Source of the DNA: Octopus bimaculoides
Taxonomy: Eukaryota
NCBI RefSeq assembly: GCF_001194135.2
Contig: NC_068987.1
Span: forward strand, 33,775,589-33,813,883
Direction: 5' to 3'
DNA: 38,295 nucleotides
Shown: in pieces, positions 1 to 11,440 of the stretch
Numbering within the stretch: position 1 is the stretch's first letter
How the letters are laid out: every line of letters starts with the position of its first letter
The notes under the pieces: model-generated
The model's database searches: none
What the model saw: only the letters and a program-made list of their open reading frames with translations
Told to the model about the DNA's origin: nothing
Translations under genes and position numbers: made by a program

Positions 1-389
1 ATTATATACAAAAATCATCTTACATAAATTATCATTGTTTTAAATACAAGTTGAACGAAGTTTAAGTTTAAAATAATACTGAAGATAAAATTAGTACATA
101 TTTAAGCGGTGTAATAGTTAAAGCTATACTATATAAAGCTAAAGACGTTTATTTAATTATAATTAAAGATCAATTGAATAATAGAAAAATACAAGATTAT
201 TTATTTCTACAAACGTAATAATAAAAAATATGAATGAAAAAATTATGAATGGAAAAATTATGAATGAAAAAATTAGGAAAGAAAAATTATTAAGAATAAA
301 AGATTAAACTTTATATATATGTACAAAGTTTTGATTAAAAAAAAACTTTAACGATATTATAAACTATAAAGATTAATAATTAATCAATT

Positions 390-870
390 CTGTTTACATT
401 TCATTGAAGTGTTCACTGGGAAATTCCACCAGTACTCCTTTTTATTATGAGTAGCTATGGATTCCACCATACTGTAGGTTCTTAATTCTTCACCCTCGGA
501 GTTATCCTTTTGGCGGGTCTCGTTATACAGTGCCCTAGCTACAACATCATGTCTCATCGGTCGATAATATCGTGATGATATTTTCGGACAACTGCTTATG
601 ATGTGGGTGATATCTTGGGTGTTATCTCCACAAAGTCTATATCGGTTGTTATATTTTACTGATTTCCTGCATCTTTGTCCTTCTTATGCATCAGGTATTT
701 GGTTGATATTTCCTGTTCCTGGATTGCAAACACATATCCTTCAAAGTGGGAGTTAGCAATCCGATTGTTGATCCATGATAGACTGCTTTAATGATCAATG
801 TTACTATCATTTCTGAGCTTTCTACTAACATATCCATTCATGGTCTTCTGCTAATATACGCTCATCCTTA
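390..870 (-). mobile_element. Decayed RLE-type non-LTR retrotransposon fragment (post-RT region, zinc knuckle, start of RLE)
   Basis: Manual minus-strand translation across stops and frameshifts: SLSWINNRIANSHFEGYVFAIQEQEISTKYL, then YRLCGDNTQDITHIISSC (CCHC with first C to Y), RHDVVARALY, KEYWWNFPV. These are the typical R2/R4-group motifs in the expected order. Confidence 0.75.
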
Positions 871-905
871 CAGCTGACGAAACGTTGCGGTAGACTCATG
901 CGACT

Positions 906-965
906 TGTATGTATGTATGTATGTATGTATGTATGTATGTATTATGTGTGTATGCATATATGTAT
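906..965. repeat. (TATG)n tetranucleotide microsatellite
   Basis: Directly visible tandem TATG units that degenerate at the right end. Confidence 0.95.
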
Positions 966-1099
966 GTCTCCTCTATATCTAATCATTCAATTCTTACTCT
1001 GAAGAAGGAGGTGATTCTTTAACAAAGACACAAAGCTCTATAATTGGAATGTAGATATTTAATCCGGATACAGAAACTGGATACAGCTGACGTCAGTTG

Positions 1100-1395
1100 T
1101 CTTCTTTGTCGTTGATTTTCAAAGTGATATTCACATCCGCAGCGCTGTTTCATAGACTGTGCAGCGACAGAAACACCATATCCTGATGTACCACGCATTT
1201 GACCTGTATAGAAATATGCGTACTTTTTACAGCCTCTCCTGCAGCCTACCAATGAAGAAGCTTTGCTCATTCTATATGCGATTTCCTGACTCAATCTGCA
1301 TATATGTATGTATGCATGTATGTATGTATGTATGTATGTATGTATGTATGTATGTATGTATAGGTATTTGAATACATTCTCATATGGCCCACAAG
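1100..1395 (-). mobile_element. RTE-clade-like LINE RT C-terminal fragment interrupted by (CATA)n
   Basis: Minus strand reads ENVFKYL-[CATA repeats]-CRLSQEIAYRMSKAS, then with frameshifts GRLQERL and THISIQVKCVVHQDMV. This resembles the RTE FKYLGS...EI..RI.KA...FGRL...S...K..VY region. Confidence 0.55.
1301..1361. repeat. (TATG)n microsatellite inside the RTE-like fragment
   Basis: Directly visible. Confidence 0.95.
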
Positions 1396-1439
1396 CCACT
1401 GTTGCTTTTGTTGCTTCGTTTTTTCTTCCTTTGTTATAG

Positions 1440-2130
1440 ATATCGTTGTTGTTGTTGTAGCAGCAGCTGTGATGGTAGAAGCAGGACTCTCCATTGTCCT
1501 TATTTGCTTTTACTGCGTAGGCAAACCACCCGTAGATTATCTGTCATTCCACAGACGTGGCATCTCAGACGTATACCCTCCACAGTGACTGACAACTCTC
1601 CTGCATTCAGTTGGGAGATCAAGTCCGGGATTCTCTCTAGATGATCGGCTTCTTGTAGAAAAGTACCTCCAGTGTGATCCAGTTTCTCCTTACTTTGGCT
1701 CCAGGAAATTTCACTTTCCTCCTACATTAAGCAATCCAAAATCCACCCAAATCTAGTTCTGGTAGCAAGCTATGTATTGTAATTTTCACATCCCTTCAGC
1801 CCTTCTTAAATACATAGGGAAAAGGACAAAGTCTTCACTGCAGCAGGCGGCCACCGATTGCTGGATTTCCAGGGCTTCAGTGTTAAATTAGACTTCGACC
1901 CCACTGATTCAGCCTTTCCCTCGTTATATGGTCTATACCCTGCCATATACCGTGTAGGGCACTTTCAAGTTGGACGTTCTTGGCCGTTTCCAGACAATTA
2001 GATTTGAAGCTGATGCATCTACCTGTAACTACTAATCTGGCCGTAACAGCCAGCCTCTCAGGCGAGCTCTGTCTCACTCTCCTCAGTTTTTCGAAATAAA
2101 TCTAACCGCCTTCGAGAATTTAGCAGTTTT
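1440..2130 (-). mobile_element. Decayed gag-like ORF1 relic with a zinc knuckle (probably LINE ORF1)
   Basis: Minus strand ERIPDLISQLNAGELSVTVEGIRLRCHVCGMTDNLRVVC contains CX2CX4(H to N)X4C at 1521-1562, followed by a Thr/Ala-rich low-complexity tail. Confidence 0.45.
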
Positions 2131-2894
2131 ACCCTCTAGAGAGATAATACAAGATCTTTTGAGGCAGACACACCTGCTGAAGAAGCCTTACTAATGTTGC
2201 AGTCGGTGGGATTGTAACTGTTTCCACTGTTACTATTATTGCTACCACTATGCTTCTATTTTTACCATTCCCATCTTCCACTTTACTTTTACTATTAAGT
2301 CTTTACTGCTGCTGCTGCAACCCACGCTGCTGTCAATGCTACCACTACCGCTGCTACCACAAATACTGTTGTTGCTACTACGGCTACTCTTGTGGCCTTC
2401 ATTGCTAACATTGTTGTTACTCTTGGTGCCGCGACTACCGTCACTCTCGCCCGCCGGTACGCGAGTTGAATTTTGAAATGTAATCATCGTCTTCATTTCC
2501 TCCACATCAAAAGCATTACTTTCGAAAATGGTATTGTTACCGTTGCCCCTGATGCTAACGTCACTGTTCGTCTTACACATACCTCAAAAAGTAGAAAAAG
2601 AAGAAAGTGCAGGAAAATCATCATCCTTAGGCAGCAGAATTATCTTCTTGATCGTTTTAATACTTGTATATGGATATTTTTTAAACGTCAATCAAGCGTT
2701 TTTCTCTAGAGGCAAAGTATTGTCACTTCTCAAGCAAAAATAGTCTCAGAAAAGCAACCAAGATATTCTTGGTGTTCTTAATAACAAATAAGAAGTAAAG
2801 TTTTGCACATAATATAAGAAAGGGGGGAAAAGAATAATTATAATTGAGACTCACTAAGCGTGTTCAAAAGTACCACCGTACTATTCTGAAGCGG

Positions 2895-2967
<73 letters not shown>

Positions 2968-2989
2968 TGATAATGATAATAATAATAAT
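2895..2989. repeat. (AAT)n array at the 5' junction of an RLE element
   Basis: Directly visible; it accounts for the poly-Ile part of ORF 2844-3428. Confidence 0.97.
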
Positions 2990-4337
2990 TGACCAAAAAA
3001 TTGACAACAAGAAAATAACCCATCTATTTTATATGGATAATTTAAAGCTATATGGCAAAGATGATGAAGAGCGTCAAGGACTATTACATACTGTGAAAGG
3101 ATTCAGTGATGATATCGGGATGGAGTTTGGCCTTGAAAAGTGTGCCAAAGCCACTTTTAAGAAAGGGAAACTAGTAAAGCCAAGTTCAATAGAATTAGAT
3201 GTCGAAACAGTAATAAAAGTACTTGAGCAGGAACAAACCTATAAATACCTAGGAATAAATGAAGGCTCTGGTATCCAGCATGCAAGCATGGAAGAGAAGG
3301 CTAGGAAGGAATGTTTTAGAAGAGTTCGAGCAGTTCTGAAGTCTGAGGTGAATGCATATAATAAGGTGTTAACCATAAATTCCTTAGTAGTCCCAGTTGT
3401 TCTTTATAGCTTCAATGTGCTTAACTAGAATACCAGTGAAATAGTGAAAATTGATAGAAAAGTCCGCAAGCTACTGACTTGTAATAAGATGCACCATCCA
3501 AAGGTAGACGTGGATCGTCTTTACCTTCCCAGAGCTCAGGGACGTCGCGGCTTGATCCAGCTTGAACTTACGTACAAAACCACTACAATCGGACTGGCCA
3601 AATACCTTGAAACAACCAACGATTGGATGCTGAAACTTGTTGAAAGACATGAAAGACCGAAAAAACTTCACTCTATTCTGAAAGAGAGCAAAACATTCGC
3701 TACCGAACTCTTAGATACCCACCAGCTTGATCAGGTTGAAGGAAATGCGCCAACTGCTGCTGCAAAGAAAATAAAATTAATTGCAAAGACAAAAGCACAT
3801 GAAAAATTAGCCAGCAGGTGGGAACAGAAACCTCTGCATGGCAAGTATTTGGCTCGTAGCAAACAAGCTGATGTCGACCAGAAACGAACGCATCAGTGGT
3901 TACGAAGTTCAGGGCTAAAAGCTGCTCAAGACCAAAGCATATTAACCCGGAACTACCAAGCCAATGTGATAAAAAATGGAGCTGACAAAAATGCCGATTT
4001 TGTAACGATGCGATTGAAACTATAGACCACATAATCTCAGGGTATAGAGTCTTAGCACCTGTAGAATATAAAGCAAGACATGACAGAGTTGGCCAGTATT
4101 TACACTGGACAATATGTCAGCATTATAAAATCAAAACCGCTGACAAATGGTATAAACACCATCCTGAAGCTGTGACTGAGGGAGAAAATGTATCGATTCT
4201 CTGGGACTTCTCCGTGCATACCGATAAGACTATAAAAGCTAATAAACCGGATATTATTATAAAAGATCAGACAAAGAAGACCTGTTTATTAATTGACATG
4301 AGTATTCCCTCTGATCATAATATAGCGGCGAAAGAAT
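2990..4337 (+). mobile_element. 5'-truncated R4/Dong-like RLE non-LTR retrotransposon (RT C-half, thumb, CCHC, RLE); defective
   Basis: THLFYMDNLKLY (YMDD to YMDN), MEFGLEKCA, YKYLGI, MHHPKVDVDRLYLPRAQGRRGLIQLE, CRFCNDAIETIDHIISG, RHDRV, KPDIIIKD...LIDMSIP. It has a stop at 3426-3428 and frameshifts, and ends at an N-gap. Confidence 0.9.
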
Positions 4338-4941
4338 NNNNNNNNNNNNNNNNNNNNNNNNNNNNNNNNNNNNNNNNNNNNNNNNNNNNNNNNNNNNNNN
4401 NNNNNNNNNNNNNNNNNNNNNNNNNNNNNNNNNNNNNNNNNNNNNNNNNNNNNNNNNNNNNNNNNNNNNNNNNNNNNNNNNNNNNNNNNNNNNNNNNNNN
4501 NNNNNNNNNNNNNNNNNNNNNNNNNNNNNNNNNNNNNNNNNNNNNNNNNNNNNNNNNNNNNNNNNNNNNNNNNNNNNNNNNNNNNNNNNNNNNNNNNNNN
4601 NNNNNNNNNNNNNNNNNNNNNNNNNNNNNNNNNNNNNNNNNNNNNNNNNNNNNNNNNNNNNNNNNNNNNNNNNNNNNNNNNNNNNNNNNNNNNNNNNNNN
4701 NNNNNNNNNNNNNNNNNNNNNNNNNNNNNNNNNNNNNNNNNNNNNNNNNNNNNNNNNNNNNNNNNNNNNNNNNNNNNNNNNNNNNNNNNNNNNNNNNNNN
4801 NNNNNNNNNNNNNNNNNNNNNNNNNNNNNNNNNNNNNNNNNNNNNNNNNNNNNNNNNNNNNNNNNNNNNNNNNNNNNNNNNNNNNNNNNNNNNNNNNNNN
4901 NNNNNNNNNNNNNNNNNNNNNNNNNNNNNNNNNNNNNNNNN

Positions 4942-5073
4942 ACATCCTACGCAAAACATTTTCAATACAGTAACCATAAGAGCACCACAGCAAACCACAG
5001 CACATATCCAAGGCGCACAGAGCTGCGCTCGGTAGTGAAGTGAAGGCACGTTGTAAAAATAAAACTACTGAAC
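4942..5073 (+). mobile_element. 3' end of an RLE element, 3' UTR type A
   Basis: HILRKTFSIQ* followed by a UTR nearly identical to the 3' end of 23362-23610 (...gcgcacagagctgcgctcggtagtgaagtga...aaaataaaactactgaac), then (AAT)n. Confidence 0.85.

Positions 5074-5172
<99 letters not shown>
5074..5172. repeat. (AAT)n array
   Basis: Directly visible. Confidence 0.97.
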
Positions 5173-5621
5173 TTCCAATTCGAACATTAGGCTTGATAAA
5201 ATATCATATGAACAAAAATGTAGAAGCAATGCCAGGATCCTCAACACTACACACTTTCCAAAAATTAACGGTGCTACGAACATCCCACATGCTACGCAAG
5301 TGACTATCTATCCAACGATACAACGTAAACAAAACAACCCACAAATATAAGACACTCTATTCAGCATTTACTCAGCGAAATAAACTTCCAACTGCAAGCC
5401 AGAAAACGAAAGCATTAACACTCAACACACAATACAAGCAGGGAGTCAACAAAAGACAGCACTACACTTCAAGGAACAGAAACTAACGCAACAGTCTTCT
5501 CGCAACAGTTTGCACACGCCTATTAGCAGAAAAGACACACTATACTGCACACACCCCAGCAATGGAGGTGTAGCAGATGATGGAGTAAAACATTTACCTC
5601 AATCTACCAAATATTGTACAG

Positions 5622-5626
<5 letters not shown>
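5171..5626 (+). mobile_element. Extremely 5'-truncated RLE element (last ~45 codons plus ~310-bp 3' UTR, type D)
   Basis: IPIRTLGLIKYHMNKNVEAMPGSSTLHTFQKLTVLRTSHMLRK*LSIQ is a degenerate version of the IGALG...IPG...QK..LLGTAHILRK.LS C-terminus. (AAT)n flanks both sides. Confidence 0.75.
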
Positions 5627-5664
<38 letters not shown>

Positions 5665-5674
5665 NNNNNNNNNN

Positions 5675-5707
<33 letters not shown>

Positions 5708-5720
5708 TGATGATAATAAT
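5627..5720. repeat. (AAT)n array containing a 10-N gap
   Basis: Directly visible. Confidence 0.95.
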
Positions 5721-5908
5721 GGTATCAAATATTGGTACAACGCCACCATAATGAGGGGAGGGGCCAGGGAGATTACATGAACATCAGTGTTCAACTGATA
5801 CTTATTATATCGACTCCTCCGCAAAATTTGAACTCAGAAAGTAAATTGGACGAAATGCCACTAAGTATTTTAACCGGGTGTGCTAACGTTTCTACCAGCT
5901 CACCGTTT
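5721..5908 (-). mobile_element. tRNA-derived SINE, type I, internally deleted
   Basis: Aligns by eye with 25751-25979 and 28281-28483. The B-box GTTCAAATT on the minus strand is retained (aatttgaactc). Confidence 0.75.
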
Positions 5909-6410
5909 TCACACATATGGATAATAATAAGAACGGAAACTAATTCAAGCCCACTGTTATATAAACTGACTGATATGAAGGTTCTTATACATCGGCAGTC
6001 ATAGGTAATTATTTCATCTGAGCAAGTTAAAATGTTAACTGATTATTTAAGCACAAGAATAACCATTTAAAACACAATGTGTTTCATATTTCATTAAAAT
6101 TATTTCTTTCCTGCTCACATATCAATACGGATGTGTGGTAATATATAAAACATCATACCCATATAGCCAAATTTTATTCCAACACATTGTTGGTTTGCTC
6201 GCTTCAACTTGTTTCTTCGTAGCTTTCGCTACATTCTCTTCCTTCACGAAGCCGGAACCGTACATAATTGAGTGATACATTGTTATTCAACAAATGCAAA
6301 AGTTTAAATGCAACCATCGAGAGTGGACCCACATATAACTAAAACAATGATCACAACAACCACAGGAGCAACAACAACAATATTAAGAAAAAAACAATCT
6401 GTAATTTACG

Positions 6411-6545
6411 AACAAGGCCATCAAATTTTAGAAGATCGAGTAGTACATTTCATCACTGCAAGTACTTGATAAGTACTTTGTTTTAATGCAGGAGAGATGG
6501 AAACCAAAGTTCAACTCGGCCAGATTTGAAACCAGAACGTAATGC
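6411..6545 (-). mobile_element. Degenerate SINE type I fragment
   Basis: acaaggcca-caaatttt...aagtactt...aaagttcaactcggccagatttgaaaccagaacgtaa resembles the other type I copies. Confidence 0.55.
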
Positions 6546-7149
6546 TACTTAAATAATTACCAACGTTTCTCTTAATTATGTCAATATTACTAATATGTTT
6601 TTCACTCTTCATCTCCTTTATTGTCATTATTTATCTTGCCATATATCTCAAAACGAAATAATACAATATGAACGAATGGATAGGCTTCTTGCATAACATA
6701 AGTAACGTATTTATCATGTTAGTCTTCATGATGGATTGTGCTTTCTATATACTATTAAGAAAGCATGACAAATGTAAACAATATCAATACACACCTTTAG
6801 TTACAGGCACTGAGAAACTAAAAACCGAAGACTCAACTGCCATTTGCTAAACAATCAAGATATATAACAAAACACAATATGTACCAATCTTAGAATGCTG
6901 TTCAATAAATGCTGCAGCACGGCTAGACAAATGATAATATTACCACAAGGGATGTATAGTAAAGAAAGGATTAAAAGAATAATTTAAAGATATAATCCAT
7001 TAATATAGTAGTAATTTAAGTGTAGGACCATTCAAGTAATTATTAAAAAAAAACAAAAACATTCACCGTTAATGCTTAAAGGCAACATAATTAAATAAAC
7101 GAACCTTAATGAATGAAAACAGATATGAATATCTATAACATATAGATAA

Positions 7150-8600
7150 ACGAAATAATTTATGGATCAAACACAAGTAGCTAGGAGCAATAAACAGAAA
7201 TATCCCAGCATTAATTACATAAGACGATCTAAACTTGCTCAAACATTAAGAAGAAAAATCATGCAGAGAAATTGGGAAAATAAGTATGAATGTTTCAACG
7301 CATAATAAACAACATCATTCAAGAAGAAAGCGGAAAAAGAGAGAGATAGACAAAACGCATAAAAACAAAAGTTAAGAAGCAAATGAACTAGCTGGAACTA
7401 AAAAAAAACTAAGCCAAAATACCGTTGCTCAATTGTAAACAATATGTCATTATGAATATCAAAAACGATTCTTTGAACAAAAGACGTTGTGGAAAGACTG
7501 TGATCAGTTATTGTTATACATATGAAATGGAAGCCAATTGAATTATCCAGACAGGAAAACAAGTGTAATAATGACTACATTCCGGATGCAACATACAAAA
7601 TCCGATAACGACAGAAGATATTTACCACGAGTAATGGTGGGCGTTTTGCAACTAGAATACTATTATATATCATGTACTGTTCGACTATATAAATATAAAG
7701 GGAAGAACAATACGAAATTAGTACATATAACTACAAGATATAAGCCAAACCATAATCAATACAGTTTTGTCTTAAAGGAAGTCAAACAAAAAATAAAACT
7801 AGCTGTGGATATCAATATTTGTGAAAAGAAGGGGAAGATAAAAGAAGTCACTAAAACAAGCAAAAAAAAAACCCAAATGACACCGATAGCTGAGTAAAAG
7901 GAAGAACCACAAATGGTCATATTAAAGATAGCAAATAAAGATGCTACATGAAAAAAGGCATGGAAATATTGTACAAAACAAAAGTGGATATATGATAGAC
8001 GGTGCTTAAAACGGAGATATAAAATGCCAAAGACATGTACAGAATCTGAATACGAAGGTTAACGGAAGTCTATGAGAAAATTGTGAATACAAATTCACTA
8101 GTATTTTCAGCGATGCCTATTTTGAGACAAAAAGGAATAACTTTTATGTGCATGAGAAAACTATAGTAGCTTTCATTATACAGGAAATTATAGCTGAAGT
8201 ATGAAATATCCATGGAAGAATCAGTGTATGAATATTTACAATAAATCCGGTAACAATATCTATGTAGCCACATTTTGGGATATTGAGTTTCCTACAGATT
8301 TTCGGATTAAGGAAAGTCGACTCGATAATATTGTAAATATTCAATTTGATCAATTCGAACAAATGCATACACATCCCAAAATGAAATAGAGAATTTGTCG
8401 ATATCTAAACATATAGAAACCGGAGATAACTACAAAATAATGATTAGAAACGAAATCCACCCTAAAAATAAGTATCTTGCGTATCATCAAAACACAAACA
8501 ACCAAATGCATGCATCCACTGGGCATACATATTAAAAACAGCATACAAAAATGCTATATTTCACACTGCACAATTAATGCAAATAATAACATTTAATAAC
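7150..8600 (+). mobile_element. Heavily decayed R4/Dong-like element (RT to RLE)
   Basis: Remnants DDLNL (~7225), DRKTSVIMTTFRMQHTKSDNDRRYLPR...LQLEYYY, FWDIEFPTDFRIKESRLD (WD...TD..IK.NRPD-like) and a terminal IQK...TAQL-like stretch. Many stops. Confidence 0.55.
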
Positions 8601-8808
8601 TTAGATACACAAATATGCAAAACAAGCAATTCAACATGTACAAAAGTTTTAATCATAGCGTTTTTTAAAAGTATCCAATGAAAATATTAGAAGAAGTCTA
8701 TTAGTGAAGTCTAATTTCGGAAAAATAGTGGAAGATTGGAGAACATCGATGAAATTGCAAGACAGAGAAGAATTGTGAATTTTGCTTCGGTAGATAGCAA
8801 CTGGAAGT

Positions 8809-9001
<193 letters not shown>

Positions 9002-9002
9002 A

Positions 9003-9270
9003 AATGCCCTGTTGTAGTGGCACTCATGGCTTCTGATCTTAACTGATTGGAAGTGTTATCATGTACATTGTTTTGTCTTGGTATAAAAGATGGACTACAG
9101 CAAATGTTCTGCTTAATACTACAGATTTGCTTGTCAGTTGTTTGACGTTAACGAGCTGAGCATGTCCCTTAGTGGCTGACGAGATATGCATCTCTGATCA
9201 TGAGCAGAAGTAGTCGGGGAGCATTATAGCGATGTGCTGAGAGGAATTCTTTGGGGTTTGAATAATTCAC
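9003..9270 (+). mobile_element. 5' half of the ~540-bp AAT-flanked non-coding element, fused to an RLE ORF
   Basis: Aligns by eye with 19661-19925 (aatgccctg...cttctgatcttaactgatt...gtttgaataattcac). Both copies start immediately after (AAT)n. Confidence 0.8.
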
Positions 9271-11207
9271 CAAAAGTAAAAGAATGAAAAATGGTCTAGG
9301 GAAGATAATAAAGAAGTTCTTACGGACTTCTACCATGCCATATATTTCCCTACAAATAAATCGAATACTGTACAAACTTACTTAAACTGGAAACAGAAAC
9401 ACCTTGAAGTAAGACCCTACATAGACAGTAACAAACTTGCCAACGTCAGAAGAAACATTATGAAAAAAAAATTACTAACCGAAGTAGAGATTGACCACCA
9501 AATTAAACAAGCAGTAAGGGATAAAAAAGAATGAAACTGCAGCTAAAGCAGATACTGCAAAGGAAATAATTATAAACCAGCCCGAGGCTGATGAAAATAC
9601 AGTAATGATTGAAAGAATTAATGTAACTGATAGGCAAAGTGAAATACTCTCTGAACCAACCATAAACACTAAGGCAAGTGAAAATCAAATAGATGAAGAA
9701 AGTCATACAGAAATAGACGCAAAAGAACTACATGATCTAAAAAAATCAAATCATGATTGAATGGCTGAAAATTAAAGAAACCAGTATGAATGAACGCGAC
9801 ACTCTCCCCCAAAATTGCAATTCTAACCAAAACCTGAAAATAATTGGTAAAATTCGCCAGCCACTTAAGGATATAATTTGAGCTAATGATGTTGATATTA
9901 CAGATCTCAACCACCTCTACTATGCATCCGCAAACACCTCAACGATTCTATGTGGTGAAAAGATTAGAAAACGACAACACTCCCACAAAAAGCCTTCTTG
10001 GCAAGAGCGCATTCAACACCAAATTAAACTACTTAGATCTGACATAGAATGTTTGAAAAACATTAAATTTGACAAGAGTATCAAACCTGCAAAGACCCAA
10101 AAATTATTTGGAATAAAATCTGGGCAGAAGATAAAACACACAATGAAAAGGCCCCTTGGATTGATAGAATATCTACAGACTTAGGCTCCTTAGAGGAGCA
10201 AAAGTGGGAGGGGGTCAAGGTAGAAGATATAAGATCTGCTCTCAGGAGGTCAAGCAAATGGAAGGCTCCAGGAAAGGATAACATTCCTAACTTCTGGTTG
10301 AATGCCTTCCCAGAGAGTCATGAACTGCTAACAAAACTTTACGACGATGTTTTGCAAAAACAGAGGGGTTTATCATAGCAGCCCAATATCAATGCCTTCC
10401 TACAAAAAACTACCAGGCCAACATATTAAAGAACGGCAGCTCCCCATTATGTCGTATATGCCAACAACAAAATGAGACCATCGATCATGTGTCTCTATGT
10501 GCAGTTTGCTTACGCCTACAGAGTATCTCAACAGGCATGATATAGATGCACAATATATTCACTGGGTAATTTGCAAAAACCTGGACTTGCACCATAATAA
10601 AAACTGGTGGGAACACAAACCACCCCCAGTACTTGATAATGATCATATCGCACTCCTCTGGAACTTCACCATTCAAACTGACAGAAAGATAGATGCAAAT
10701 AAGCCAGACATCATACTGAAAGACTTCAGACAAAAATCATGCCTCCTCATTGATATGACTGTCCCAATCGATATAAACGTATCTGTCACGACCTACCAAA
10801 AACTGAGCAAATATAAAGATCTTGAAATAGAAATTAGCAAAATGTGTAATCTGAAGACGAAAACAATACCTATTGTCATAGGTGCCCTGGGAATGACAGC
10901 GAAACGGGCTGATTACTAACTAGCTCAGATACCAGGAAACCCCAAAATGTCTGAAGTTCAAAAGATAGTGCTCATGGGAACTGCCCATATCCTACGTAAA
11001 ATACTGTCTATGTGATCTCAAATTTTAAAGCAAACAGATAATTTTCTTATGGTTTCTTAAATATTCACTAGAACAAAACTGTACAAATCCAAATATATGG
11101 TACCCTAGGCATAACACCTACATGAACTTCTAACTTGTTGTCTCTTGAGGTCTCTGGGTGAGACTTGGATCCAACTTGTACAAATGCAAAACACAAGTCA
11201 AACATAA
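9271..11207 (+). mobile_element. Internally deleted (RT-less) R4/Dong-like element, 3' UTR type B
   Basis: KWSREDNKEV...KLANVRRNI (Myb-like N-terminus of the R4 group), PSWQERIQHQIKLLRSDI, WKAPGKDNIPNFWL, then directly EGFIIAAQ, CRICQQQNETIDHV, RHD, KPDIILKD...LIDMTVP, LSKYKDLEIEI, GTAHILRKILSM*, UTR and (AAT)n. Confidence 0.88.
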
Positions 11208-11239
11208 AATAATAATAATAATAATATTAATAATAAAAA

Positions 11240-11440
11240 TTTAGTGTCCTTACCTGGACACTAAACGAACTATGTAAAATAGACAGGAAAACAAGAAAAA
11301 TAATGACAGGATATAGGATGCACCACCCACAATCTGACATAGAAAGGCTATATATACAACGCACAGAAGGTGGCAGGGGTCTTATACAGCTAGAAAATTA
11401 TTATAAATTAACCACCATAGGACTGCAAAAATGCCTGCGT
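11240..11440 (+). mobile_element. 200-bp RLE-element thumb-region fragment from a different lineage
   Basis: VLTWTLNELCKIDRKTRKIMTGYRMHHPQSDIERLYIQRTEGGRGLIQLENYYK. It diverges from the homologous segment at 12300-12450 and is closer to the 7540-7680 remnant. Confidence 0.8.

Noticed and set aside
2248-2580. 110-aa Ser/Asn-rich ORF
   Set aside because: It derives from degenerate trinucleotide sequence and has no recognisable domain or splice context.
6200-6300. Possible exon after tttcttcgtag
   Set aside because: All frames close quickly and there is no good donor.
9170-9230. Hammerhead ribozyme at CTGACGA in the 540-bp element
   Set aside because: A hairpin (GAGAT-atgc-ATCTC) is present but overlaps the core, and no GAAA follows stem II.
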